DNA from: an uncultured delta proteobacterium
GTDB taxonomy: Bacteria > Myxococcota_A > Polyangia > Polyangiales > Polyangiaceae
Assembly (NCBI GenBank): GCA_963841435.1
Contig: CAWJCS010000005.1
Location: forward strand, 1,344,001 to 1,408,000
Reading direction: 5' to 3'
DNA: 64,000 bases
Below, piece after piece: positions 39,670 to 49,939 of the stretch. Under the pieces are notes generated by a model. That model was not told the origin of the DNA. It saw only the letters and a program-made list of their open reading frames with translations, and ran no database searches. A program made the translations under genes and the position numbers. Position 1 is the first letter of the stretch, and every line of letters starts with the position of its first letter.

Positions 39670-42114
39670 GTGAGTCAGAGTGACGCACCCCGGACCACGC
39701 TGGGCGGGCAGCTTGCCTCGACGCCACCCGCCCAAGTGCTGAAGGTCCTCGAGGGCAAAAAGTCAACGGCGCGGGTGTCTTTCGACACCGAGATTGGGCA
39801 CGGTGAGGTCAACCTCGTCGAGGGCAAGATCGTCGACGCGATGCTCGGAGACCTGTTCGGACGCCAGGCGCTGCTGTCGCTGCTCGGCGCGGCCGAGGGT
39901 CATTTCAGCGTCGCTGATCTCGCCAAGGCCGAGCCGCGCCCACCGCTGTGTCCGAGCATCGACCTGCTCTTGTCCGAGCGCGCGAAGCGCATCGCGGATT
40001 GGCGCCGCCTATCCGAGCAGATGCCACCGCTTTCGTCCTCGCTGAAGCTCTCGCCCGAGGGTGTGGAAACGCTCCCCAAAAAGGACCTCAAGCCGGAAGA
40101 GAAGCGCCTCGTGCCTCTGCTCGACGGTCGCCGCAGCATCGCCGACCTCGTCAACGACAGCGAGCTCGACGCCGTCGACGCTTTCGGCATCCTCGTAGGC
40201 TGGCTACGGTCCGGCCTGATCCTAGAGCTTCCGGGGCCCGAGCACCGTCAACCCGAGCCGTTCCAGCCCGCGCGTCCGACGCCGCGCCCCCACCCGGCGG
40301 GCGCTGGGGCCATGTCGCAGCCCCCGTCGGCGGCCGCGCCCGTGCCCGCTGCCAAGCCCGCCGCCGGTGCGGGGCCCGCCCCCGGTGCCGCACCGACGGT
40401 ACCGATGGCCGAGCCCGTAGAGCCGATTTCCTCACGCCGGGGTCGCGGCGGCCGGCGCACCACCGTGATCGGTATGGGCATTCCCGCGCCGGAGCCCGTC
40501 CAGCCACGGCGCGCGGAGGTGCATCGCACCATCTCCGTCGGGTCCCCGAGCGCACCGCCACCCGTCGAGCCGGGGCGCATCCGCACCATCTCCGCCATGC
40601 CCGCGCCCCCTGTAGCGAGCGCCTACTCGCCAGCGGGCCCCAGGTTGTCGCCGGCGGCCGCCGCCGCCGCGGAGCGCAGCGCCGTCGAGCGAGCGCGCGC
40701 CGGCGGAAGGCGCGCCATCGGCCGCTACGAAATCCTCGCGCGCATCGGCCACGGAGGAATGGGGTCCGTCTACCTCTGCCGCATGACGTCGGAAACGGGC
40801 TTCCGGCGCCTGTTCGCGCTCAAGCTGCTCCGCCAGCACCTGCTCGACGATCCGACGGCGGCGACTCGTTTCCTCGAAGAGGCGAGGCTCGCCGGGCTCT
40901 TGCACCACCCGAACGTCGTGAGCGTCCTCGACGCGGGCATCGACGGCGCGCAGCCGTTTCTCGTGATGGACTACGTCGAGGGTGCGAGCCTCAAGCAGCT
41001 CTTGTACGCCCATCCCATCGCCCGGCCCGCGGAGCTCATCGTTCCGATCGTCCTCGATGCGCTCGCCGGCCTGCATGCAGCGCACAACTTGGTCGACGAC
41101 GATGGCGCTCCCCTGAACCTCGTGCACTGCAACGTCTCCCCGGAGAACCTGCTCGTGGGCGTCAACGGCGTGTGCCGGCTCGTCGACTTCGGCGTCGCAC
41201 GCCGCGAATCGACCGGGGGCGACCGCATCGCGCACGGCAAGCCTGCCTACCTGGCGCCGGAGCAGGTGCTGCGCCGTGGCGTCGATCGGCGCGTCAACAT
41301 CTTTGGCATGGGCATCGTCCTCTACAATACGCTCACCGGCACCAGGCTGTTCGACGCCGCGAACGTCGACGAAACCATGAACAACGTCGTCCATCAGCCG
41401 ATCCCTCCGCCGAGCACGATCGGGCTCGGCCCGCCGCCGTGCTTCGACTTCATCTGCATGAAGGCGCTCGAGCGTGACCCGGGACGCCGCTACACGTCCG
41501 CAGAAGACATGGCGAGCGAGCTTCGGCGCGTGGCGCTACGCGAAAATCTCGTCGCGCCGCCGAACGCCATTGCGGCGTGGGTGCGGACTTGCGTCGGTCG
41601 CGAGCTCGACCAGCGGCGCCTGTCCATTCTCGACGCTTCGCGAAACCGCGGAGCGCCGGACGCAGGGCCCGCCCCACGCGCCTCCGTTCCACCGCTGGCG
41701 GACGGATCGACCGTCGTCTTGCGCTCCATCCAGCCACCCCAAGTCGGCGTGCCGAGCGAGCTCCCGTCCGAGCCTCCTCCCGATGGTGAAACGACGGGCA
41801 CCATGCCCCTCGACTTGGGCGCGCGCGCCCGACGCTGGGCGTTAATCGCCGCCGCCGCCATCGCGGCAAGCGCAGTGCTCATCACGCTGCTCTGGCCCGG
41901 GCGGGTCTCGCGGTTCTTCCGGCTCAACACGAGTAGCGTGCGCTCGGACGGCATCGACATCTCGATTGACAGCGCCGCCGTCGACACGGGCAGCGAAGCC
42001 CCTTCACCGAGCGCGAGCGCGCTTCTACCGAGCGGCGACACGCCTCCCGAGCCAGCGCCGAGCGCCGGCTCGGCCACGTCGCAAGGCTCCGACACTTCGG
42101 AGGGCTCCGAGTAA
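39670..42114 (+). CDS. DUF4388/PATAN-like domain + Ser/Thr kinase + TM helix
   Basis: N-terminal G.L.....QVL...GKIVDA...GHF pattern. Kinase motifs GHGGMG, FALK, HCNVSPEN, DFG and GKPAYLAPEQ. Confidence 0.9.
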   Translation: MSQSDAPRTTLGGQLASTPPAQVLKVLEGKKSTARVSFDTEIGHGEVNLVEGKIVDAMLGDLFGRQALLSLLGAAEGHFSVADLAKAEPRPPLCPSIDLLLSERAKRIADWRRLSEQMPPLSSSLKLSPEGVETLPKKDLKPEEKRLVPLLDGRRSIADLVNDSELDAVDAFGILVGWLRSGLILELPGPEHRQPEPFQPARPTPRPHPAGAGAMSQPPSAAAPVPAAKPAAGAGPAPGAAPTVPMAEPVEPISSRRGRGGRRTTVIGMGIPAPEPVQPRRAEVHRTISVGSPSAPPPVEPGRIRTISAMPAPPVASAYSPAGPRLSPAAAAAAERSAVERARAGGRRAIGRYEILARIGHGGMGSVYLCRMTSETGFRRLFALKLLRQHLLDDPTAATRFLEEARLAGLLHHPNVVSVLDAGIDGAQPFLVMDYVEGASLKQLLYAHPIARPAELIVPIVLDALAGLHAAHNLVDDDGAPLNLVHCNVSPENLLVGVNGVCRLVDFGVARRESTGGDRIAHGKPAYLAPEQVLRRGVDRRVNIFGMGIVLYNTLTGTRLFDAANVDETMNNVVHQPIPPPSTIGLGPPPCFDFICMKALERDPGRRYTSAEDMASELRRVALRENLVAPPNAIAAWVRTCVGRELDQRRLSILDASRNRGAPDAGPAPRASVPPLADGSTVVLRSIQPPQVGVPSELPSEPPPDGETTGTMPLDLGARARRWALIAAAAIAASAVLITLLWPGRVSRFFRLNTSSVRSDGIDISIDSAAVDTGSEAPSPSASALLPSGDTPPEPAPSAGSATSQGSDTSEGSE

Positions 42115-42431
42115 GGAGGCCTCCCCAATAGGAGCCGGCAAGGGGGATGACCGCCCACGAAGAGCGGTCGCCGGCACCGCGGGGCCCGAGCGCCGGCAGG
42201 CGGGCCAGGGCCCAGGCGGATAGTAAAATTTTTGCCGGTGAGACCTCACGAACCCACCTGACTGACCGGCTTCCTGAAGGTGGGGATAGTGCTGATAGAC
42301 GGTGGGATAGCCCTCCGCCCGAGCTACCCCGAATACATCGAGCAAGCGAGAGGCGTCCGAAATGCCTGCGTTTTTTGCTCCCCGCGCTCTACTGGCACAG
42401 ACCCTCGCGATCAAACCAAGACCGGGTGAAC

Positions 42432-42505
42432 AAAAGGGGAAGAAGAAGAAGAAGAAGAAGAAGAAGAAGAAAGGGGAAGGGGGAAGGGGGAAGGGAGAGA
42501 AGGAA
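42432..42505 (+). repeat. pure polypurine tract containing (GAA)11 and G-runs
   Basis: GAA x11 at 42439-42471, followed by GGGGAAGGGGGAAGGGGGAAGGG. Confidence 0.9.
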
Positions 42506-42670
42506 CAGAGCACCCCCGCGAAGGGCAAATGAAGGGGCACATGCAGGGCATGCAGAATGACCACCAGCCAAAATGAGAAAATGTGTTGAAAGGTGCGAAA
42601 AAAAATGGGACCCTCAAAAGTAATTTCTGTCGTCCCGTGAAAGCACCGCGGGAATAACAAGGGAACTGTG

Positions 42671-42898
42671 ATGGCTCGAAAGCTCTTGGTCGTTTCGATG
42701 CTGGCCGCCGGAATCCTCATGGCGCCTCACGCAGACGCGTTCGGCATGTTCAAGAAGGCGAAGCGGTACACGCCGGTTCCGCCCGGCGGCAACGCCGTGC
42801 CGGAGCTCAGTGTCGGTCCGTCCGCGGGCCCTGCCCTCGCGCTGCTCGCCGGCGGGCTGCTCGTCGTCGCCGGCCGTCGCCGGCGCAGAGCCTCCTGA
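42671..42898 (+). CDS. tiny VPE-CTERM (VPEID-CTERM-like) exosortase substrate
   Basis: Signal peptide ending A-D-A, 19-aa passenger, VPELS motif, TM helix ALALLAGGLLVVAG and RRRRR tail. Adjacent to an exosortase. Confidence 0.88.
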   Translation: MARKLLVVSMLAAGILMAPHADAFGMFKKAKRYTPVPPGGNAVPELSVGPSAGPALALLAGGLLVVAGRRRRRAS

Positions 42899-42976
42899 GC
42901 TACCGATCGTGCTCGCCTCAAGGGTGAGCGCGGGGCTTCGGGGACGAGGTGGCTGGCGGGCGGCGCTCGTTGGTGA

Positions 42977-44554
42977 ATGACCGCCATTTCAGATCGAACG
43001 TCGCGGGGACGGGTGTCCTCGCTTGCGACGTGGGGCGTCGCAGGCGCGCTGTTGGTGGCGGAGTATCTGCTGATCTCCTTCCGGTTCGATGCCGCGACGG
43101 TGGTGCAGCGGGGCGGACTGTGGACGTTCGTGGGCTCGGTCGGCACGGTCGCCCCGCTCGCGGTCGTCGCGGCCACGGCGGTGCTCGTGCTCGGGGGCGC
43201 CCGCCCGGCTCCGGGTAGCGCCGCCACGGCCCCGCGCCGCAAGCTGCGCTACGGCCTACTCGCGGTCCACGCCGTTCTCTACGGCGCGTTCGTCGCCATC
43301 ACGAGCCTGGTTTTCGGCGCAGACGCGGCTCCCCCGGGCCCGCCGGCGCTTTGGCTCGGCGTGTGGGCGAGCGCGGGTGGCTCCTCGGCTATCGCGCTGC
43401 TGCTCGGCATCGTCGGCCCGGGTAAGCTGCGCTCGGTCGCATCAACGTCGCTGGTCGTCGCTCTCGGTGTCGGCTTCGCTGCGTGGCTCGCCGGCATGGC
43501 GACGACCGCTCTCTGGCAACCGCTCACGCACGCGACGCTCATGCTCGTCGTGGCGCTGCTCCGACCGTGGTTTCCGGAGGTGACGGTGGTTCCCGACGAC
43601 GCCGTGGTCGCGCTCCGCGACTTCACGGTCATCATCGAGCCCGCTTGCAGTGGACTCGAAGGAATCGGTCTCGTGCTCGTGTTGATGCTGGGGCTTCTCG
43701 TGGCGTTTCGTGCCGAGCTCCGCTTTCCGCACGCCCTGCTCTTGCCGCCGCTCGGCGTCCTCGGCGTGTGGCTCGCGAATGGCGCCCGGCTAGCGCTCCT
43801 GATCGCAATTGGAGCCTACTGGGACCCGCACGTCGCGCTCGGCGGCTTCCACTCCAAAGCCGGCTGGGTGTTCTTTTGCGCGATTGCGCTCGGCCTCGCG
43901 GTGCTCGCGCGCCGCTCGAAATACTTCGCGCGACGGCCGGAGGCCGTCGACGCGCCGACAGAGAATCCCACCGCGGCCTACCTGATGCCCGTGCTCGTCG
44001 TCATCGCCACGGGCCTCGTGACGGGCATGCTGACGAGCGGCGTCGACGAGCTCTACGGTCTCCGACTGCTCACGGCCGCCACCGCCCTTTTCGCCTATCG
44101 ACGCTACTATGCGGAGCTCGAGCGGCGCATCCACCCAGCGTCGCTCGCGGTCGGAGCCGCCGTCGGCGCGCTCTGGATCGTCACCGCGGTCCCGCCGGCA
44201 GTCGAGCCCGAGCCGGTCGGGTCGCTGTGGCTCGCCGCGCGGATCGCGGGGGCGGTATTGCTCGCTCCGGTGTGCGAAGAGCTCGCCTTTCGCGGCTACG
44301 CGTTGCGGCGCCTCGTCGCTTTGGATTTTTCGAGTGTTTCGTTTCGTGCCTGGTCGCCGCTGGCGGTCCTTGGCTCGTCGCTCGCCTTCGCGGCGCTGCA
44401 CGAGCGCTGGATGGCGGCCTTCCTGACCGGCATCGTCTACGCCGCCGTGCAGATCCGCTCCGGTCGCTTGCTGGACGCCATCGCGGCGCACGCGAGCTCG
44501 AACGCCGTCATCTGCGCTTGGGTCCTTTTTACTGGCGAGCGCTTTCACCTCTAG
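42977..44554 (+). CDS. xrtE: exosortase fused to CAAX/Abi protease (exosortase E-type)
   Basis: Exosortase triad motifs ACSG, NGAR and FHSKAGW. CAAX motifs EELAFRG, FAALH and AHASSN. Confidence 0.9.
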   Translation: MTAISDRTSRGRVSSLATWGVAGALLVAEYLLISFRFDAATVVQRGGLWTFVGSVGTVAPLAVVAATAVLVLGGARPAPGSAATAPRRKLRYGLLAVHAVLYGAFVAITSLVFGADAAPPGPPALWLGVWASAGGSSAIALLLGIVGPGKLRSVASTSLVVALGVGFAAWLAGMATTALWQPLTHATLMLVVALLRPWFPEVTVVPDDAVVALRDFTVIIEPACSGLEGIGLVLVLMLGLLVAFRAELRFPHALLLPPLGVLGVWLANGARLALLIAIGAYWDPHVALGGFHSKAGWVFFCAIALGLAVLARRSKYFARRPEAVDAPTENPTAAYLMPVLVVIATGLVTGMLTSGVDELYGLRLLTAATALFAYRRYYAELERRIHPASLAVGAAVGALWIVTAVPPAVEPEPVGSLWLAARIAGAVLLAPVCEELAFRGYALRRLVALDFSSVSFRAWSPLAVLGSSLAFAALHERWMAAFLTGIVYAAVQIRSGRLLDAIAAHASSNAVICAWVLFTGERFHL

Positions 44555-44724
44555 CGAACGCGCGACGCGAGTCTCGCGTCAGCTCCGCACGCCAGAGAAA
44601 AATCCCTAGGCGTTTTGGGTACTCGGTGCTCCCGCCGCACGTGACAAGCGCCTGGCGCTTGTGCTCTGCTGAGGCGGAAGGTACCCGGGATGGCGGGCAC
44701 CCCTCGGGGATCAAAGGATCTATC

Positions 44725-45699
44725 GTGTTCTCGAAGAACGCTCTCCGCATCGACGCTCTCGCCGCCACGACCGCCATCGCAGAGACCGTTCGACGCCAGG
44801 TGATGGAAACGCTCCGCCGCCGGGGCGTCGTCGTCGGGCTCTCCGGTGGGATCGACAGCTCAGTGGTGGCAGCCCTGTGCGTGAAGGCCCTGGGGCGCGA
44901 GCGCGTGCTCGGCCTCTTCATGCCCGAGCGCGACAGCTCCGACGACGCGCTCAGTCTGGGGCGCCTGCTCGCCGAGTCCCTCGGCATCGAAACCGTGCTC
45001 GAGAACATCGGCCCCGGCCTCGCGGCCCTCGGCTGCTACGAGCGTCAGCTCGAGGCGATTCGCAGAGTGGTGCCGGAGTATGGCGACGGTTGGAAGTGCA
45101 AGCTCACGCTACCGACGGCCGCGGAAAAATCGCGATTCAGCGTCTTCCAGCTGGTCGTCGAAAGCCCGAGCGGCGAAACGCGCTCTTCGCGCATGCCGCA
45201 CGACGCATACCTCAAGCTCGTGGCGGCCACGAACTACAAGCAACGCGTGCGCAAGCTCACCGAGTACTATCACGCCGACCGCCTCGCCTACGCAGTCGCG
45301 GGCACGCCCAATCGCCTGGAGTACGATCAAGGCTTCTTCGTGAAGCAGGGTGACGGCGCGGCCGACGTGAAGCCCATCGCGCATCTTTACAAGACACAGG
45401 TCTACGCGCTCGCGGAGCATCTCGGCGTCCCCGAGGAGATCCGTCGCCGACCGCCGACCACGGACACGTTCTCCATGCCTCAGACGCAGGAGGAATTTTA
45501 CTTCTCGCTGCCCTACGACCAGATGGATCTCTGCCTCTACGCGTTGAACGAGGGGGTCCCTGCAGCCGAGGTTGCGCAGGCCATCGGGCTTGGCACGGCG
45601 CAGGTGGAGCGCGTGTTCGAGGACATCGAGCGCAAGCGCACCGCCACCCGCTACCTTCACGCGCGGCCACTCCTCGTGGAGCCCGTGTTCGAGAGCTGA
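44725..45699 (+). CDS. nadE: NAD+ synthetase-like ATP-dependent amidoligase (no glutaminase domain)
   Basis: GLSGGIDSS, NYKQRVR, GTPNRLE, GFFVKQGDG, PIAHLYKTQV and PTTD. Possibly a biosynthetic paralogue. Confidence 0.88.
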   Translation: MFSKNALRIDALAATTAIAETVRRQVMETLRRRGVVVGLSGGIDSSVVAALCVKALGRERVLGLFMPERDSSDDALSLGRLLAESLGIETVLENIGPGLAALGCYERQLEAIRRVVPEYGDGWKCKLTLPTAAEKSRFSVFQLVVESPSGETRSSRMPHDAYLKLVAATNYKQRVRKLTEYYHADRLAYAVAGTPNRLEYDQGFFVKQGDGAADVKPIAHLYKTQVYALAEHLGVPEEIRRRPPTTDTFSMPQTQEEFYFSLPYDQMDLCLYALNEGVPAAEVAQAIGLGTAQVERVFEDIERKRTATRYLHARPLLVEPVFES

Positions 45700-45703
45700 C
45701 ACG

Positions 45704-47695
45704 ATGTGCGGCATAGCGGGCATTCTCGCGCGGGGCGGCCCGCCGCCGACCCGCGAGGCGCTCGGCAGGATGGCGCAGGCCATCACGCATCGAGGCCCCG
45801 ACGAGCTCGGGATGTACCGCGACGCCGAGATCGGGCTCGCTCACACGCGCCTGTCGATCATCGATCTCACGTCGGGGCAGCAACCGATGACGAACGAGGA
45901 TCACACCCTGTGGGTGGTCTTCAACGGCGAGATCTTCAACTACGTCGAGCTCAGGGCCGAGCTCGTGGAGCTCGGTCACACCTTCCGCACGCACAGTGAC
46001 ACGGAGGTCATCCTCCACGCCTTCGAAGCCTGGGGCGACGGCGCCTTTTCGCGCTTCAACGGGCAATTCGCAATCGCGCTCTGGAGCAGCACGACACGCA
46101 CGCTCACGCTCGCGCGCGACCGCGTCGGCGTGCGTCCGCTCTTCGTTTTGGAGCACGCCGGCCGCATCGTGTTCGCGAGCGAGGTGAAGGCCATCTTCGC
46201 GTCCGATCCGGAAATCCCTCGCGAGCTCGACCCCGTGGGCATCGACGAGACCTTCACGTTCTGGTCGGTGGTGGCGCCGCAATCCGTGTTCCGCGGTGTG
46301 ACGGAGCTGCCCCCGGGGCACCTTCGCAGCTACGCCGCATCGGGCGTCAGCGAGCGAGAGTACTACCGTCCGCGCTACCCGCGCCACGGCTCGGGCGCGT
46401 TCGCGGGCACGCTCGAGGACGCCGTGAGCGAGGTGCGCGCCGCACTCGAACGGGCGACGCGACTTCGCATGTTGCGCGCCGACGTGCCCGTGGGCTGTTA
46501 CCTGTCGGGCGGCCTCGACAGCTCGCTCGTGGCGGCGCTCGGGTTGCGCGCCAAGCCCGACGGGTTCAACACCTTTTCCCTCCGCTTCGAGGACCAAGAG
46601 TTCGACGAGACGCGCTTTCAGCGGCAAGTGAGCGAGGCGCTCGGCACTCAGCACCACGAGGTCGTGGTTTCGCAGAGGGACATCGCGAACGTGTTCCCCG
46701 CCGTCGTGGCTCATGCCGAGCGGCCGATCCTTCGCACCGGCCCCGCGCCGATGTTCCTCCTGTCGCAGCTGGTCCACGACAACGGTATCAAGGTCGTGCT
46801 CACGGGCGAAGGAGCCGACGAGATGTTCGCCGGCTACGACTTGTTTCGCGAGGCCAAGGTGCGCCGCTTCTGGGCTCGCCATCCCGAGAGCCAGCTCAGG
46901 CCTCGCCTGATCGAGCGGCTGTATCCGTACCTTTCGCGCTCGCCGGCGGCACAGAAGGCCATGGCGCGCGGCTTTTTCGGCCGAAACCTCGCGGCGCACG
47001 CCACCCCGGGCTTCTCGCACGATCCGCGCTGGCACTCGGCTTCGGCGCTCAAACGCCTGTTCTCGGCCGATCAGCGGGAGCGTGCGCGCGGCGTCAACGT
47101 GACGGCGCGCCTGCTCGCCGATCTGCCGGAGGACTACGCCGACTGGTCGTTGCTCGCGCGCGACCAGTACCTCGAAGTGCGGACGCTGCTACCGGGGTAC
47201 ATCCTGTCGTCCCAAGGCGATCGCATGCTGATGGCACATTCGATCGAGGGGCGGTTTCCCTTCCTCGACGCCGACGTGATGGAGCTCGCGAATGGCCTTC
47301 CGCCCGCGATGAAGCTCAAGGTGCTGGACGAAAAGCACGTGCTCAAGCGCGCCGGTGCCGACCTCTTGCCAGCCGAGGTTCTCGAGCGCAAAAAGCAACC
47401 ATACCGCGCGCCCGACGCAGCCTGCTTCACGCGCGCGGGCGCCCCCGAGTGGGTCGCGGAGACCCTGCGCCCCGAGCGTCTGCGAAAGGCGGGCGTGTTC
47501 GAGCCGGCCACTGTCGCGAGGCTCTACGAGAAATGTCGTGCGGCGGGCAACGCGCCCTTATCCAACGCCGACAACATGGCCCTGGTCGGCGTGCTGTCAA
47601 CCCAGCTGCTCTTCGACCTCACCGAACGCCCGCCTCCTCCGGCCCCCGACGCCGCGTGGAAAACGCTCATCGACCGGATGCAACCACCCGATTAA
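45704..47695 (+). CDS. asnB: asparagine synthase (glutamine-hydrolysing)-like amidotransferase
   Basis: MCGIAG, HRGPD, RLSIID, NGEIFN, LSGGLDSS, TGEGADE and RFPFLD. Confidence 0.95.
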   Translation: MCGIAGILARGGPPPTREALGRMAQAITHRGPDELGMYRDAEIGLAHTRLSIIDLTSGQQPMTNEDHTLWVVFNGEIFNYVELRAELVELGHTFRTHSDTEVILHAFEAWGDGAFSRFNGQFAIALWSSTTRTLTLARDRVGVRPLFVLEHAGRIVFASEVKAIFASDPEIPRELDPVGIDETFTFWSVVAPQSVFRGVTELPPGHLRSYAASGVSEREYYRPRYPRHGSGAFAGTLEDAVSEVRAALERATRLRMLRADVPVGCYLSGGLDSSLVAALGLRAKPDGFNTFSLRFEDQEFDETRFQRQVSEALGTQHHEVVVSQRDIANVFPAVVAHAERPILRTGPAPMFLLSQLVHDNGIKVVLTGEGADEMFAGYDLFREAKVRRFWARHPESQLRPRLIERLYPYLSRSPAAQKAMARGFFGRNLAAHATPGFSHDPRWHSASALKRLFSADQRERARGVNVTARLLADLPEDYADWSLLARDQYLEVRTLLPGYILSSQGDRMLMAHSIEGRFPFLDADVMELANGLPPAMKLKVLDEKHVLKRAGADLLPAEVLERKKQPYRAPDAACFTRAGAPEWVAETLRPERLRKAGVFEPATVARLYEKCRAAGNAPLSNADNMALVGVLSTQLLFDLTERPPPPAPDAAWKTLIDRMQPPD

Positions 47696-47708
47696 ACTCG
47701 TCGATCCC

Positions 47709-49259
47709 ATGCAAGCCGTCCCGCTCCTCCACGACTACCTCTCCGACGCCGCCGCGAGTCTCCCGGACAAGGTCGCGCTGGTCTGCCAGGGCCAGCGCCT
47801 GACCTACCAGGTGCTCGATGCCCGCGCGAACGCGCTCGCTCACGCGCTCGTCGCACGCGGCGTAACGCGTGGCGATCGCGTGCTCGTCTTCGCCGATAAC
47901 ACCATCGAGACGGTGATCGCGTTCTGGGCAGCGCTCAAGGCAAGCGCCGTCGCGTCGATCGTCAACCCGCTCACGAAGGAGGAAAAGCTCGCCTACCTCC
48001 TGAACGACTGCCGGGCGTCGGCGCTCGTCAGCGACGCCCACATCGCATCGGTGTTCGTGCCCGCGGCGCGCCGCAGCGAGCACCTAAAAACGGTCATCGT
48101 CTCGGGCTCGGTCAACGCCGCAGCGCTCGCCCCGCTCCCCCTCGCCGTCCACTGGGACGAGGCGATCGCGGGCAAGCCCACCACGGCGCCCGCGCGGCGC
48201 AACATCAACGTCAACCTGGCCGCCATCATCTACACCTCGGGCAGCACGGGGGACCCCAAGGGCGTGATGCTCACGCACCGAAACATGCTCACGGCCGCGA
48301 CGAGCATCTCCGCGTACCTCGAAAACCGCGAGGACGAGGTGATCCTCGGCGCTCTACCGCTGTCGTTCGACTACGGCCTTTACCAGATGATCATGGCCTT
48401 TCGCGCGGGCGCTCGCCTCGTGCTCGAAAGAAGCTTCACCTTCCCGGCAAAAGTACTGAAGCTCGTCGTCAACGAGGGTGTGACGGCATTTCCGGGTGTA
48501 CCGACGATGTTCGCCATCATGGCGAGCATGAAGACACTCAAGGACTTCGACTTCTCGAAGGTGCGCTACGTCACGAATACTGCGGCAGCGCTACCGGTCA
48601 AGCACGTGACGATGCTGCGCGACCTCTTCCCGGGAGCCCGCATCTACTCGATGTACGGCCTCACGGAGTGCAAGCGATGCACGTACCTCCCGCCAGCCGA
48701 CATCGAACGCAAGCCGACCAGCGTCGGTATCGCCATCCCGAACACGGAGCTCTGGCTCGTTGACGAGGACGACCGGAAGCTCGGCCCGAACCAGGTGGGC
48801 CAGCTCGTGATTCGCGGCGCCACGGTGATGAGAGGGTACTGGGAGAAGCCGGAAGCCACGCAAAAGAAGCTCAAGCCGGGGCCGCTGCCGGGCGAACAGG
48901 TGCTCTACACGGGGGATTTTTGTAAGCTCGACGAGGAGGGCTACCTCTATTTCGTCGGACGCATGGACGACATCATCAAGTCGCGCGGTGAAAAGGTGGC
49001 TCCCAAGGAGGTCGAGACCGCGCTCATGAACCTCCCGGGCATCAAGGAAGCCGCTGTCATCGGCGTCCCCGACGAGATTCTGGGGCAGGCGGTGAAGGCG
49101 TTCGTCGTGCTTTACGAGGGCGTCGAGATGTCCGAAAAAGACGTCGTGAGGGAGTGCCAGCGCATGCTCGAGAACTTCATGGTTCCCAAGGTCGTCGAGT
49201 TCCGCGCCGAGCTGCCGAAGACGAACACGGGCAAGATCAAGAAGACGGATCTATCGTGA
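47709..49259 (+). CDS. AMP-forming acyl-CoA/acyl-ACP ligase
   Basis: YTSGSTGDPKG, MYGLTE, TGD, GRMDDIIK and PKTNTGKI. Confidence 0.95.
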   Translation: MQAVPLLHDYLSDAAASLPDKVALVCQGQRLTYQVLDARANALAHALVARGVTRGDRVLVFADNTIETVIAFWAALKASAVASIVNPLTKEEKLAYLLNDCRASALVSDAHIASVFVPAARRSEHLKTVIVSGSVNAAALAPLPLAVHWDEAIAGKPTTAPARRNINVNLAAIIYTSGSTGDPKGVMLTHRNMLTAATSISAYLENREDEVILGALPLSFDYGLYQMIMAFRAGARLVLERSFTFPAKVLKLVVNEGVTAFPGVPTMFAIMASMKTLKDFDFSKVRYVTNTAAALPVKHVTMLRDLFPGARIYSMYGLTECKRCTYLPPADIERKPTSVGIAIPNTELWLVDEDDRKLGPNQVGQLVIRGATVMRGYWEKPEATQKKLKPGPLPGEQVLYTGDFCKLDEEGYLYFVGRMDDIIKSRGEKVAPKEVETALMNLPGIKEAAVIGVPDEILGQAVKAFVVLYEGVEMSEKDVVRECQRMLENFMVPKVVEFRAELPKTNTGKIKKTDLS

Positions 49260-49939
49260 ACGAATCCGACACCGCACGTTCCGCGTACGCGCGCGGAACC
49301 CAGACCTTCATGGGGCTCGAGCTCCTGGTGGCGCCCGGCTCGCTCGTCCCGCGCGTTGAGACGGAGCTCGTGGCGCGCGCCGCGCTCGCCGAGCTCGCGG
49401 GCCTCGGGGTCGCCGAACCGCTCGTCGTCAACGTGTGCTGCGGCGCGGGCAATCTCGCCTGTGCGATCGCGAGCCAGGTGCCCGGGGCCCGGGTGTGGGC
49501 CACCGATCTTTCGGACGAGTGCGTCGCGCTCACGCGGCAAAATGTAGAAAAGCTGGGGCTTGCCGAGCGCGTGAGCGTCGTCGAGGGCGACCTGTTCGCG
49601 GGCCTTCCCGAGGCAGAGCTCGCAGGCGCCGTCAACCTCGTCGTGTGCAATCCCCCGTACATTTCGAGCGCACGGCTCGAGGAGCGCACGGACCTCGTCG
49701 CCGAGCCACGCCTGGCCTTCGACGGCGGCCCCTACGGCCTGTCGATCCACCAGCGCGTGAGCAAGGACGCGCTCTCGCTACTCAAGCCCGGCGGCGTGCT
49801 GGCGTTCGAGTTCGGCCTCGGACAAGATCGTCAGCTACGCATCGTGGTTGATCGCGCGCGCGGGTACGACGGCATCCGGTTCTTCGACGACAGTGCGGGT
49901 CACCCGCGAGCCCTCGTGGCCAAAAAAAAGGTGTCATGA
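49256..49939 (+). CDS. HemK/PrmC-like NPPY methyltransferase lacking the PrmC N-terminal domain
   Basis: LVPRVETE, CCGAGN, GDLF, CNPPYI, EPRLAFDGG and EFG..Q. Confidence 0.88.
   Translation: MNESDTARSAYARGTQTFMGLELLVAPGSLVPRVETELVARAALAELAGLGVAEPLVVNVCCGAGNLACAIASQVPGARVWATDLSDECVALTRQNVEKLGLAERVSVVEGDLFAGLPEAELAGAVNLVVCNPPYISSARLEERTDLVAEPRLAFDGGPYGLSIHQRVSKDALSLLKPGGVLAFEFGLGQDRQLRIVVDRARGYDGIRFFDDSAGHPRALVAKKKVS

Noticed and set aside
41122-41145. HCN in place of HxD suggesting a pseudokinase
   Set aside because: It fits the window-wide G>A signature at CGACG, and the other kinase motifs are intact.
45257-47035. Long antisense or alternate-frame ORFs (also 22210..23913, 30243..32003, 60987..62594)
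   Set aside because: They are Arg/Ala/Pro-rich shadows of real genes caused by high GC3 and have no recognisable motifs.
45704-47695. AsnB-like gene as a lasso peptide cyclase
   Set aside because: It has an intact N-terminal Cys glutaminase domain, and no B1/B2 genes or lasso precursor are present.
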